From Lama glama (lineage: Eukaryota), in contig CM052816.1 in the NCBI GenBank assembly GCA_028534125.1, positions 92,258,001 to 92,322,000 on the forward strand: a stretch of DNA of 64,000 bases. The letters are read 5' to 3'. The position numbers and the translations under genes are program-made. Position 1 is the first letter of the stretch, and every line of letters starts with the position of its first letter. The notes below the pieces were generated by a model that saw only the letters and a program-made list of their open reading frames with translations, did not search any database and had not been told where the DNA came from. This document shows, in pieces, positions 49,311 through 62,928 of the stretch.

Positions 49311-51042
49311 CACACTTCCTATGTCTCTAAGTTTTGGGTTCTATTTTATAGTCATCTATCTATATGAAAGGGTTTTCAACCAATATTATTTTTAAATTTT
49401 GTTGCCTACCAATGATGCATGTTCTGCACTATTTACAATAGCAAAATGTGAGAAACAACTTGAATGCCCAACTACATGAGGCTGTTTCAATCAAATATGG
49501 TATATAATGGCTTAGAAAAGCCACTGTCCAATCTTCTTACTGCACTTAGTAATTTTTTCATTTTAGTATAGATAAATGGTAGGGTATGGCACCACTTTCC
49601 AAGATCATTTGACCAAGAAACACTCTTAAATCCTAACAGGAGTTGAGATAAAATACTAGCTTGAGTTGCTACCAGCAATGATCCCAAATTTAACTGTAAT
49701 TTGTAAACTTTGTAAAAGAACCAAAAATAAATTGGGAAATATTTTTTTAATTTTTAAATATGCTGCTAGAAGGAAGAATGATGTTTTTCTAGCCAATCTT
49801 GATGTAAGAGGCAGCATGATTAATAACTAATAAAAATAGCTGATCTGCTCTGACTATTATCCCACACGAGACATTGCCCTAAACACTTCACATTTACTCT
49901 CAAAACAACCCTTCTGTATATCTGCAACAGATTTTTTCATTCTATAAATAAGAAAGCAAAAGCTTCGTGAGAATAAATAATGCTCAAAGTAAGAGTGAGT
50001 AGCAGGAGTCCAGATTTGAACTTCATTTTGTTATTCTGAATCCCAGGACCCCAGCACCTGTGCAGTACTCCAGGTTTGCATATTCTGTTTTCACTGCAGT
50101 GCTGAATATGAAAACTCCTGTTGCTTGCAGGATTTAAAAATCCTATTTACACCACTGCAAAGGCAGAGATGTGAACTGCTGATGTTACAGTTTTTGGGTA
50201 ATCCTGAATTAGGCTGTTTTAAAATGTGTAGCTTATCTTGAGTAATTTTTATAGAAACCAAAGACTGAGGTTATTAATATTTTCTGTAAAGTAGTCCTGC
50301 TTCAGCTCACTTACAGTAGACACAGTTTGAGTACCACAGTTTTTCCCTTTTCTGTTTCAACTTCCCCTGTCAGTAATAGATCTTGGGAAGTGAGTCTGAG
50401 TAACAATGTTGGTTCATACCCTTAACACATGAAGTAACAGGACTGATATGTATTGAAATTGAGAGACCGAATATGCAGCGCAGATCAGTGATCTGCAAAG
50501 AGCTCTCGTGTCAACTTGAGAGACAGTCGATAAAAGGCTGTCTCCATGTCAGTGATGGATGGAATGTCTTATGTGTTCAACAGTCTTCTTATATCTAATT
50601 TTCAAATACAATTTAAAGGGCAAAAAAAATCTACGGCTAGTGTTTCCTTTTACAGAAAAACCTGTGGCATCTCATGGGATACAATAGGGAAATCTTGAAA
50701 GTAATTTGAATTACAATTCTCTTTGATGAGAAGCCATGAGTGAATAACACTGGTGAAAAGGGAGCTCAGATGCTGCCTCCAGCTAAGGTTTGCTTACACC
50801 TTCCATTTAAAACATCGCTATTGAGTCTCACGATAAGGGCTCTATATTTCCAAAAGATCCATTATTTCACTCACTACCTGTATGTGGTGGGCCGCTCTGC
50901 CAGTTTTCTTTGGGAAGCTCCAGGAAAAGAAGGTAAAAAACGTTGCTCACTTTCTGATTTTTTTTTTTTTTTGAAGTAAAGAAAAAGCTTGAGGAAGTCA
51001 TTTAGGCCCATTCAGAATTTAAACTATTTAAAAAGAAATTTA

Positions 51043-51192
51043 GAGGGTAGGGGTACAGCTCAGTTGTAGAGCACATGCTTAGCATGCGCAAGGTCCTGGC
51101 TTAATCACTAGTACCTCCATTTTTTTTAAAAAGCCAATAAAAAACCTCAATTTAAAAAACAAAATTAAAATAAATTAAATTAAAAATACAAA
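51043..51192 (+). mobile_element. Camelid tRNA-derived SINE (Vic-1 type)
   Basis: ggggtacagctcagttgtagagcacatgcttagcatgcgcaaggtcctgg...tagtacctcc; TSD-like aaagaaattta on both sides. Confidence 0.85.
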
Positions 51193-52894
51193 GAAATTTA
51201 ATTCTACCTCAGTCCTGATGGAGTTGTGACAATCTGACATTAACCAGAATTAGAAGCCAGTTTTCCTTCATTCGGGTAATGAAGATCTTGCAGGACAAGA
51301 GAGGCTAAAAGAAGTTGAGCAGCTGACGCAGCTGGACATCTTAATGATCCAAAAATATCAACACTAATGTTTTGTCTCTAGGGAACATCTCTCAGCCAAG
51401 AAGCTCAAAGCTGAATGTAGTCAGAGATACCAGCATTCTTGAAATGCACAGACTAGGGTTTCAGGTGGAGACGGCTGACAATGAGTCCTGGTGTCAGGAC
51501 AGATTTGGAGGTAGGGATGCCATCGAAGAAACAGTGATACAGGAAAATGGACTGCTTTTAGCTTGCCGCCCCCACCCCCGTGCTCTCAGCGGCGCCCCAG
51601 GCCAGTGCCTCATGCCCCAGCGGAAATTTTGTCATCCCATTCAACAGCAGCCCCGTACCCTCAGCATCCTGACACACAGCCATCTTCCCTGAAAAGACAG
51701 GTGCCTGACAGTGAAGACAGAGAGCCCCACAGATCGGGAGGGTAGGGAATGTGGACCCCCTTAGGACTTAACCACAAGACACTCAACTTCTTTGGGCCTC
51801 AGTCCCATCATCAGCAAAGCAAGGAGGGTGAGGGGATGGTGCCAAGGTCTCTGCTAATGCTAACACCTGAAGACCCCAAGAGGACGGTGGTGCCTGGTCC
51901 AGTCCTGCTAAGCAGGGGCCCAGCCCAGCCTGTGGGACACAATGCAGAGTCAGGGGTTATGACTGGGTTACAAGCACTGAGTGAGTCAGCCTGGAGGTTA
52001 GGAATGGCTGGCTGGCCGGAACTCAGCCCACACTGGGAAGGATGTGTAGGTGGTGGAGAGAGTTCTCTCACCCCAGATCTCTCACCACAGCTGCCTGCAT
52101 CCCACCTTCTCTGCCATCCTTGGCAATGAGACGCAACAGTGCAAAAACATCCAGAAGACAAAAGTGGTGATTAAGCGCTGTTATTACAGAAGGGATTCTG
52201 CCACTCTCTACGTTAGATTTATCTGCCCTTCAATTTCCCTTTTACTTATTAAGTCTCTGGACTGTGTATTAAGGATGCCCTGACTTCCATCCACAGTCAA
52301 ATGACTGAGACAGTAACGAGAACACTGGGCAGATTTTCAGGTAATTCTGGTTCTATTTCCTACAAAGAAGAAAGTAAAAAATTTTTTTACTTATTCATCA
52401 TACCTTATTCATCATACACTACATGGTGTCCATGTGACCAAAGACATGTTCAGCATTAGCAAACCTCTTTGTCCTCACACCTGGTTTTAAATTAAAGCTT
52501 CAGAGAAAAAATTGTACTATGTGTTTGTTTTTTATTAGTCAAAAGTTTATGGCAGTGGGCGAATATGTTTCCAAATTTCTGTTGGTAATAGAAGCCACAG
52601 TTAGACATTTAAAGCAAGTGTAACAGAATAACAACCTCCCCTTCCTGCAGGTAAAATAATAGGAAGTGATTTACACACTGTCATCAGAGGTAACTCAGCT
52701 AAGCAATGTTGGCTTTTATCTCATTTACTCGGCATGATTTAGAACTCTTGGCAGACGAAAATAAAAATTATCATCTTCACCCGCTGTGAGCGAGATTCAC
52801 AACCCAAAAATGCAACAACAACAAAAATTAAATGAGGGTTTAGATGTCTATAGCCTTTCAAAAATTTGGACTTAGATGTATAAAGAAGCATTAC

Positions 52895-52945
52895 CTTGGC
52901 TAAATATTGGGACTCTGTAACAAATCTTCTGGGCATAAGATAATG
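52895..52945 (-). CDS. Candidate 51-nt symmetric exon HYLMPRRFVTESQYLAK
   Basis: Acceptor ctctccttgacctttctag, donor AAG|gtaatg; phase 0-0 and open. Confidence 0.35.
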
Positions 52946-53477
52946 CTAGAAAGGTCAAGGAGAGTCGACAATAAGAAGGTAACATTATCTTACTAACCTC
53001 TGAAAATCAATGCGACCTACGTCTGAATGCAAGATATCATATGCAATAATTGCAATGAAAATTTCAATAAAACTGTAAAAACCTTATGGCCTTCTGAAGA
53101 TCCAGCCCATTTTTCAACAGCTGGTTAATTCAAATAGAAGTCACCACCTTGATTTGGGCCCGGCTTTAACCCCTCCACAGAAATCCCTTGCACACGTCCT
53201 ATTAAAGAGTTTTGTGGCAACCCGCTAATGAGCTTGAAATCTGTATCTTACGTAATAGAGATTCTCAAACATTTATTCATTCACTGTCCTATCATTTTAC
53301 TCCATAGCACCTACATTCACCAAGGACTATTGTCTTGGCCTTAAAATAGAGTAACACATTTGAACGTCATTAGAAGTAAGTGGATAAAAATCTAGGTGTG
53401 TTAACGTTATCAGAGTAATAAAACTTAACTGCTAAACTTACTTGAAATATAGAAAATATAATAAGCTTTCATAGTAG

Positions 53478-54070
53478 CATAGATACAACTACTACGTACA
53501 GAATAGATAAACAGTCCTACTGTGTAGCACAGGGAACTCTGTTCAATGGCTTGTAGTAACCTGTAATGAAAAAGAATGCAAAAAAGAATATGCATATATA
53601 TATGCGTGCGTATAACTGAATCACTGTGCTGTACTGTACACCAGAAATTAATACAACATTGTAAATCAACTATGCTTCAATTAAAAAATGGAGAAAAATT
53701 ATTATTATAAGCCTTTAAATGACAGTAGCCAAATAGCCACCACCTCCAAGAATCAAGAAAAAAGAAATGCTCAGAAATCTCACAGGTGGATGAACGACTT
53801 ATAATATGGCAACACCATAGAATATTGTGGAACCATTTAAAAAATGCATTGGAGTTATGCCAGTTGGTTGGCAGGGTTTTCCAGGAGGTAGAGATGAGTA
53901 CAAAAGACAACACAGAGATGGAACACCTGCAAGTGCATTTACACATGCACGTGTCTAAATGTGTGTATGCATGGGCTGTATACATGTCTATATACATATT
54001 TATACGTATTTGTATGTTTATATAGAAAAAAGTACAAAACCACACACATCAGGTTGCTGACACTACCTGG
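53478..54070 (+). mobile_element. L1 3'-UTR fragment (53478-53688) adjoining an older L1ME-like 3' fragment
   Basis: cagtcctactgtgtagcacagggaactc...tgtaaatcaactatgcttcaattaaaaa. Confidence 0.75.
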
Positions 54071-55002
54071 GGAAGTAGACGGTGGGGGTGGTACCGGGGA
54101 GGGGAAAGGGTAGAAGGCAAAGGAAAATGGAGACTGAATAGAGAAAAAATATGATTCTGTTCGTGTAAGATTATATGTGTGTGTTCAGGAAAAATCTCAA
54201 AAAGAGAGATTTATGTCTACAGACATACAGGGATGGCTTTGGAATATTAAAAGAAAAGTTGCAGGGTAACGTGTCCAGCAAGATTCCTTTTTTTTTTAAT
54301 TTCTAGAGATAGTTTTATTTTTTTCTTTGTATAAAATTAACCCTTTCTCTTAACAGAACATGTTTCAAAATGAGAGAAGCAGAAGAGAGAAAGTCAAGAT
54401 TCTAACTCTAACAACCAATGCGACCGCCATCAAGTCCTGAAGCGCAACCTTCCAGGTTTTGTTGTTAAGGAAAATGTGATCACGTGTACTATACACCCAT
54501 CTTCCTTTATCAGGTCAAAATGAATCATTAATAACACCTGGTCGGGCGTTCCCCCCTCGCTGACCTGCCCCCCGCCCCCCAGGTGGTGGAGGGCTCAGGT
54601 CCCCAGCACACCCTCCTTCAGCTCTTGGCCTAAGTGGTCCATCCCGGTCTCTGCTCAAGTTCCACCTTCCCCTCACCTCGGGGAGACCTTAGCTGACCCG
54701 AGGGCCCGAAACTCAGCTACCTTCTATGTCTCCCACCCCACCCCCAACACCAGGAACAAGAAGGAAATTCTAGGCTCCATTCATGCCCCTCCAGAAGCAA
54801 AAGCAACTCAGGCTAATGAATCCCAGCCCACTCTGTGCTTCCTAGCTTACTTCGATGGGGGTGTCCCCAGGTTCACAAGGGAGCAGTCTGCAAGACAGCC
54901 TCCTCCTGGAGCTCCAGACAGAAAGCTGGAGTGAAAGACCCACACCCTCAGCATCCCCTCAGCTTATACAGCACCCCTCCTTTCTCTGGATTCTCTCCCA
55001 GG

Positions 55003-55800
55003 AAGATGCGATCAAGACAATATGGAGAAAAGGGAGCCCCTGTGCCCTGTTGGTAGGAATGTAAACTGGTGCAGTCACTATAGAAAACAGGATGGAGGTT
55101 CCCCCCAAGTTAAAAAGCGAACTGTCATATGATCCAGCAATCCCACTTCCAGGCATATACCCAAAACAATTGAAATCAGGATCTTAGAGAGATATCTGCA
55201 CCCCATATTCACCGCCAGCATTATTCACAGTAGTCACGACACAGAAACACCTGAGTGTCCACTGACGGATAAATGGATGAAGACAGTGTGGTATGTATGT
55301 GCAGTGGAATACTGTTCAGTCTTTAAAAAAAAGAGAAGGGAATCCTGCCATTTATGAGGTCATAGGTAAACCTAGAAAACTTTATCCTAAGTGAAATAAG
55401 TCAGACACAGAAAGACAAATTCTGCATGAGCTCACTTATAGATGGAATCTGAAATCATCGGAGGGTAGAATGATAGCTACCAGGAGCTGGGGGCAGAGAG
55501 AAATGGGGAGGTGGTGATCAAGGCATACAAAGTTTCAGTTGTATAAGATGAGTAAGCTCTGGAGATCTAATGTACAACAATGCTACCATAGTTAACAATA
55601 CTGTCATGTAACTTGAAATTTGCTAGGAAGGTAGATCTTAAAGGTTCACACCACAAAAAAAAAAATTATATAAAGTAAGGGATACGTTAACTACTTTGAT
55701 TATGGTGATCATTTCACAATGTCTACATATATCCAATCATCAATTGTATACTTTAAATGTATACAACATATAATTGTCAATTATTCCTCAATAAAGCAGG
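55003..55800 (+). mobile_element. L1MA-like 3' end
   Basis: ggagaaaagggagcccctgtgccctgttggtaggaatgtaaactgg...gtcaattattcctcaataaagc. Confidence 0.9.
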
Positions 55801-56078
55801 AATGGGGGGGAGAAAAAGACTACGAGTCTTATTCCTTCAGGCACCAAGGGCTGGGCTTCCGAACTTGACATGCTAATTTGGGAAACCTCTCGCAGCAAAA
55901 ACCTCAAGCCTACTGCTTGGCAGCGAAAGCCTATTTTGAATGTCAGAAGCTGAGTATTAATTTTTTTAATTTCCCCTGACATTTCCATTGTAATGTCAAC
56001 AAATCCTTCTGAGAACCCCAGCACCACACTCGTGAAGAAGACAGATTCCTCGGGGTGATCAGGGATAAGGTAACATAC

Positions 56079-56115
56079 CCAAAAGTGCAGAAGATAAAGC
56101 GCGTTAATATTTTCC
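56079..56115 (-). CDS. Candidate 37-nt exon (R)ENINALYLLHFW
   Basis: Donor TGG|gtatgt; the acceptor (gtaatattag) is weak; phase 2-0 would join 58672-58819 to 52895-52945 in frame. Confidence 0.2.
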
Positions 56116-58671
56116 CTAATATTACTTCCATTTCACAAAGAAGTCACCTTTCAGTAATCACTAATAGCATTAATTTTTTCTAAACTTGTTCTCGGTTGCA
56201 TTACAACGTAAGTGGTGGCCTTTGTTACATTATAAAGCTGCTTAAACAAACAGTTAACCCCTGCCCTCCAGGAGCGAAGATGATGCGTTTCTTAAACACA
56301 GACCAACGAGCCTTGCTTAAATCTAAGACGGGTGATCAAAGTGATGGGATTCATTGAATGAAATTTCTGTGTAAGAAGTTTGAGTTTCAAATTTTGGTGA
56401 AGGATGGGAAGAGGTAGAGCTGAGAAATCTCAGGTCCAAATATGGAATGACTGAAAGGTGTCCAGAAGGGGTGTCCTGCTAACAATGCCAGGAAATAGGG
56501 CGCAAACTCTTTTAGCCAAACAGACTCTCCAGTGGGAACAGCCAGGCCAAAAGCTTCATGCCACCCGGGGACATGAAGCGCCACAGGACAGGACCAACTG
56601 AGAAAGGGCAATGGCAAGATGAACATTTGGGTCCCCAGACCAAACCAGAGGGCGCAGAGACGGTTCCGAGTCAGAGGATGGCATCGGAGGTCCAAGCTGC
56701 GCGGTGAGTGGTAGGTCTGAGCTTGGGTAAAGCTGAGTCCCAGAAGCCAGCACCCAGGAGTCCAGGTAAGCTGGGAGGCACAGATCAGAAGTCATGAAGT
56801 CGGAGCCAGTCGTGGCTAAAGCGGAAAGATGAGAGATGAGCGGGGACGGGAGGGGACAGGCAGAGTGACATAGACAGAGAGAGGCTGAAATGCTAGGGTG
56901 GTGAGAAAAGCCACACTGACTTCATTGGTGCAAAAAAAAAATCTGAATTAAATGCCATTTCAACAGGTCTTTATTAAGTATGGAAAGAAACACACTGCAG
57001 AACCAAACAGATGGGACTCGGAAATTCAAAAACAATGAATACAGTGGCCATTCTGAAAAAGCCAGTTCCTAGCAATAGCTGGTGGCTGGCCAACATTCTC
57101 AGCTGGAAACTATAAAGTCACTTTATTTGGGGACATCTAAGGCCTCGGGGCAGGATATGATGAGTCCAATAAGTAATGCTGATCCTCCCGACAAATATTT
57201 CCAGAACACATCACCTCCAGGCCATTCTCACCACCTGTGTCTGAATTCGAGCCCTCACGGGCCTCACCTGAATTAGTAAAACCGCCTCACAACCAGCCTC
57301 CCAGTGCCAAGCTCAGTCCTCCACCCACATCACCAGATGGGCGCGCCATGTGGTTTTCATTAACCCTCTAGGAGTCACTCTGACCAAGAAAGTGAAAACT
57401 GCATATGCCAGGGGCTCACACTTGTGTGTCCTGAAAGCCCCTGTGGTCCCCCCGTGGGTGGATTCGTGCCCAACGGGGAGAAGGCAAAGGGCAAGTGTGC
57501 AGAGGCGTGTAGAGCCCTCGCCCTTTCACACAGCCTGCTTTAGCCTCCCCGCCAACTGCCCTGAGGCTCCCATTTGGCCCCAGCCTGGAGGAGGACACTG
57601 GGTGGGGCTCATGAAAGCTCCTCTCTGCTCTCCTTCATCATGCAAAAAGTTTGTTCAAGAATTCGTCGCTCTTCTTCCCTCCCTCCATCTATTCATCCAT
57701 TGATTTAATAAATATTCAGTGAGCGCCACGTATGGTCCAGGCACTGTTCTAGGAGCTAGAGATAAAACACAGCAAGTATCATATCGAGGAGATTGTGAAC
57801 GTCTTTATGCTTCATAGCCCACCGCCAGGACCCACACAGTTCTCCGCAGAGCAAATTCCTAAATGCCTTAAACGCGAGAGTGGCAGGCCCAGGAGGGAGG
57901 AGTATTCCAGGATCGCCCTGCAGTGAAGCCGCACGTCTGAGGGATTCTCTTGAGGGGGCCCTCAGATGGGTCTGCTGTGCAGGGCTGACTCTGTCCGTGC
58001 AGGCAGACAGCTGGATGTGAGCAGAGAAAGGGGGGGACAGACCAAATGGCAGGAGTCGGGCAGAAAGGAGGGGCCCAGGCCAGATGCAGGAAACATACGT
58101 CAGCACCAGGGGCCCCCAGGCAGAGAAAGAAAAGTAGGAATCTTCGGGCTGATAAGGGGCCACACCTTTTGGCCTGGAGACCAACAAAGAAAGGTCAGAA
58201 AAGGCAGGAATTTCCAGGGTCTGAAGGTAAACTTTTGCTCATTATGTCCTCATTTCAATAAAATTAGCCTTGCAGGTCAGAAGTACCCATCCTGCACCAA
58301 CGCCATGGCACTTCTGATCCAGACTAAATAAGGACAAAAATCTCTCCTCCCTTAGGAAGGTGGAGCTGGGATGATAATCAGGAAATATGACCCCAAGCCC
58401 TCCCCTCCTCAATGAATATTCTGCCCATTCATTTTACACCCTATGTAACTAATTTGCCAAAGAAACTCAGGGCAGCTGTTCACCAAGCAAAGGATGTGTA
58501 GACCCCACCAACACACCTCCCCCTGCCCGGCCTTCCTCCCCCTCCACCACTGCCCGCCCCGGCCACCGGACCACCCCGGTCCAGTGGTCTGGGTCACTCT
58601 TCGGGATTTAACACATACTCGGAGATAAGTCCGAGCAACATAAATTATTGAAAAATAAGCCTTTATCTTAC

Positions 58672-58819
58672 CTTCTCATGCAGAGTTTGTGGCCTTGTTT
58701 ACGGGACATGAAAAATAAAGATTGCCTTTTTGCCTGCCGAGGATAGTCTACTATTTTCAGACAGGTCTTCAAGAGTAAGTAAAAATTATTGCTTTCATTA
58801 TAAGCATTCCCCTCCAGCT
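58672..58819 (-). CDS. Candidate internal coding exon (E)LEGNAYNESNNFYLLLKTCLKIVDYPRQAKRQSLFFMSRKQGHKLCMR
   Basis: Acceptor catagcattttag, strong donor AAG|gtaaga; 148 nt open; within ORF 58668-58871. Confidence 0.35.
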
Positions 58820-59164
58820 CTAAAATGCTATGATTTAATGCACGGCGCTGAACGTGACTGCCTGAAAGCATGGCTTCCTACTGTTTCCTTAGGTGAAAAA
58901 GAGTTCAGTCCCAAGATCTCCCGGCGTGGTGACTGCTGCCATTACCATGAAGGATGGTCTTGCTGGCCGATGTTGGCGCCGTATGCTGTTGCAGTGGGTA
59001 ATGACACACAGCGATGCCTAAATCGTAAGAATCAGTCCTACCTCGCAGGGAAGAACACAAAAGCAAAGCGCTAGTTGCCATTGCCTACTGGGATGAACGT
59101 CCACCTCCATGAAGGCTCAGAAAAGCCAAGCTGTGGATTCTCGAACTCCCGTTCAACAATCCGT

Positions 59165-59400
59165 GAAATGACAGTTGGTCTAGTGTAAGAGTTTGGACTT
59201 TGGAATCAAACAGACCTGGCCTCTAATCCAGGCTTTGCCCCTTCCCAGGTATGTGATCTCGGGCTAGTAACTTAACTTCTCTGAGCATCTATAAAACAAA
59301 ACCCAACTCATTGAGTTGCCCTGAGGATGAAAGGAAATACGATACGCATGCCATAATGGTGTCTGAACACAGGGGAAAATCAACAAATATTTCTGATGCT
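59165..59400 (+). mobile_element. MIR SINE
   Basis: ggactttggaatcaaacagacctggctctaatccaggctttgcc...tgtgatctcgggctagtaacttaacttctctgagc. Confidence 0.8.
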
Positions 59401-61409
59401 ATTTTAAAAACGTAAAACCTACCCTGGAGTCATTTTTCTGGGTCTCTGTTTTGTTAGTAATTCAGCTGTGTTCACAGGGAAATTTTATAGCAGACACATA
59501 CACGATTATTTTACCCAAAGTGTAGAAAATTCTACTGTCTGGTTTTCTATTAACCAGACTTTCCATACATACTTTAGTACTATTATAATTTTTACATAAT
59601 CATTGCTCTTGAGACACTGCTGTCTACTGAAATAACTTCTGAATCATCAAAAAAAAAAAACAGATGGAATTGTGTGAAATGGCACTTTTCCAAATGTGTT
59701 TTATGTGTCCCTTTTTTCAGATACACATTGCCAAGGAAGAGATACTCTTCACTTTTAGTTAAAGATGTAAGTGAAATCTCTTGTGAATTTCTTCTTAGTC
59801 AAGGATGAATATAACAAGGAGTTAATGAGTTGCCTCACTCATTCACCTACTAAAGATTGGAAAATACACAAACCTTCAGAGAAAGTTGTTTAGCCATCAG
59901 GATCACAGCAGGAACTAGGTGGCACCCATAAACTGAGAGTATTAACAAAGATGTGGGTTCCCCACCTCTTCTCCCACCCACCCTTCCCCTCCTCTGCATC
60001 TCACTGGCTGGACCCAACAGGGGGCCAGAGAGCAGGAGAATCACAACTGATGTAGCCTAAGAAATCCAGCCTCCTGGGGCACAGAACCTGATGGAGAAGG
60101 GAGAGGCGTAGATTCAGACGGTAGAGGAGACTCAGCATAGCATGTTTATCGCATTATCTGCAGGTAACACTGTTGCCGTGGGGAAAGTCTGTTTGGTTTT
60201 GTTTTGTTTTGTTTTTTTAATGGTCTGTCGAATATTTACTCCACTGACATTATCTACAGAAGCACTTGGCCAATTTGTACACAGTGATTTCTATGCACAC
60301 CAAAAGGGGTTCCGTAAAAATGAGACTGTATGCAATCTGTACACCGACCCACCAGAGCGGTTCTCTGTCTCCCGGGGAGGGGGAGTCATCAACTTAAAGC
60401 AGGATGCCTGAGGTTTCATTTCTTCTGTTGCCTTATCATAATCCCAAATACACATTTCAGGGCTTATTTTTGTTTTTAAAGACACATTCCTTGGTATGTG
60501 CACTATGGTTAAAATTAAAAAGAAGAAAAATAAAGTAACTGCTTGAAGGAGCTGACCCTCCCCGCCCCATCCGGAGATTTCATCAGGCCTAGACCAGCGA
60601 GGGGCCACAGGAAAGTCTGTTTTTTAATCAGCTATAATGTGAGAGCTTTAAATCTTCCTTGACATAAACAAAAAAGTAAAAATAACAAATACTGTGATAT
60701 GAATGTCACTTTCTACATCCCTAGAAATATTTTCATGCATTTTATTCATTCAACAAGTCTTTAGTTCATGTCTACTTGAAAAGAGACACTGACACGTCTG
60801 CTCGATTGCAACATACACATACCTGAACACACCTCACATTCTCTAAAATCAGGCACTAAAATGACAAGAGTTTATGAGAAAAATCGGGTTGGGCAGACCA
60901 CACCAAACCTGTGCAACTTTGTAACCTGAGTTCTTACAAAAACCACTCACTGGTTTCTGGGGAGAAAATTTGAACAGAGCAGGTAGACGGCTCAGCCTGG
61001 CTGGAGGCTGCCACTGGGCCGTTAAAAATGCCCCGAAACATCAGGGTGAAAATGTTAGCAGCCCAATGGTTAGAGCAGAGCTGGGCACGAACAGGGCTGA
61101 TGGGAGGGGAGTGCTGAGCTGGAAGAGATGCGTGAAGATGAGCCCAGGAAACACAGCAACCTGACCCAGCCCAGAGTCACACGCAGCCAGCTTGTGTCTT
61201 TTGAGGGAGGGAGCCCCAGACACAGGCACGTATCTTGAGCCCCTTAAAATGCTGCCAAAGGGCTCTTGGTGTTGGGCAGCAGCTGAGCTGAAGGCTTTCC
61301 TCCTACCTAATGAAGGCTGTAATTCCTCTCCTGTTGTCTATGCTGGCTTCTCTTCTGTAGGAATAATCAGGAGTGACCCAGAGTGACTTCCATGTTGATA
61401 TGCTGGCAG

Positions 61410-61890
61410 TGTCTTGGCTGACTTCTCTGGAAAACAGAGCCCTGGGAACAAAGCTTATTGAGTGCAGGGGTTGCGAGTGAAGGGAAAAGGAAAATGAAGC
61501 AGGAAAGGAGGGGGAGAAAAATTAAGATTCTTACCAAAATGGTCACAGCATCACAAAGACATCCCTGACTCTGGGTCACAGGAAACCATGGCATCTCAGG
61601 AAGGATGCCCGGAGTGGGTGAGGGAGGTAGGCAATGTCTCTGCCAGCTTCTTTTTGTCTCTTATCTTTCTTTAGTGAAGTTTACCTCAAGGTACATGAAT
61701 TCTTCTATCTTCCAGATACCTCCCACTCTCAGCCCAGGCAGCGGCAAGGCACTGCCCCATTGGGCAGACTGAGCACTGTTGCTGCCCCCAACCTGACCAT
61801 CACATTCAAGGGAGACAGACACCGGGGTGGAAACCAGGTAGCACTTTTTCCACTGAGGACGAGGCATGTTTGGCTGAGGTTGGGCCAGTA
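61410..61890 (-). mobile_element. LTR16/LTR33-like ERVL LTR (degenerate)
   Basis: tgtcttggctgacttctctggaaaacagagccctgggaacaaagcttattgagtgcagg start. Confidence 0.45.
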
Positions 61891-62928
61891 GAGAAAAGGG
61901 GTAACACTTGTGGTGATAATCATCAATGGATTAACTAGACAAACTTAGTGTTTGGTTTATACGGCTTGACGGTTTCCGGTGACTGACCTAGGATTTCACA
62001 TTTCTGAATGCAGACTTAGGGAAATTTTTTATCAAATACCATCACATTTCCATGCTTTTCAACACTCAGACGCTTACTCATCAAGTTTTCCAGGATGATA
62101 GGATTAAGGATGCTTCATTCTTTCCTTGAGTTAAGAAAGAAATCACAAGCCTATGAATATGCAAGTGGAAAAAAAAATAATGGCTGTTTTCTTTGCCTTA
62201 TAATTTGCCTCCTTTTCGTATCTTTCTCGGACGGTGGCTCTGTGTTAGTGCTGACGAGAGTCGTAAGTGCATCAGGTATTTCATGGTCCCCACACAGGGG
62301 ACCGTCTTTACAGACTGAGTTGGGGACAACCATCATGCCCTCTCTGCCCTCACTGTTCTTTACCTCAACTGGGCTTTTCATAAGGAATGAGGCAAAACTG
62401 GCAGTAGGACCCCTTCTCCAGATCTGCTTAGACATTACCATGTACGTCCACGATCTTGACAGGACACTCTCCCACCTCCATTCCTACCCCTCACTTCCCA
62501 ACCATTGGCACCATGCTTTAGCCAACAGAGCTATGTTAATCTCCCAACAAATCAAATGCATAAATACCCATTTAGGTTACCAGAGTCAGTTAATGAAGCC
62601 AGGTAATGAAGTTGAAATCACCAACTTAATCCCCAAAGGAGCTAGTTAACTTAAATTGACACCATTCTATAGACCAGCATTTTACCTAATTGTGTTTCTG
62701 TAGACACCGGTATCCAGCAAGATGACAATACATTTTCACACAAAAAGAAGTAGAGGGGGAGGATGGTTCTTATTAGCAAATAAGTTTAAGAAAGACAGGG
62801 TTATACAAATGTGAAAAAGCACCTTCACTGCAGGACTTCTCAGGGCGTTTCTGTTCATGGGTATTGTGATTCTCCCTCCACAGGGGAACTGGAACATGCA
62901 GGGTTCCTTCCTCCCACTTTTCTTCCAG

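Noticed and set aside
57329..57346. CTCF-like tcaccagatgggcgcg (also weak matches near 54574 and 60592)
   Set aside because: Spacing or core mismatches relative to the consensus.
62095..62649. Longest ORF in the track (184 aa)
   Set aside because: No recognisable domain or family, and no supporting promoter or splice structure; length is compatible with chance in 64 kb.
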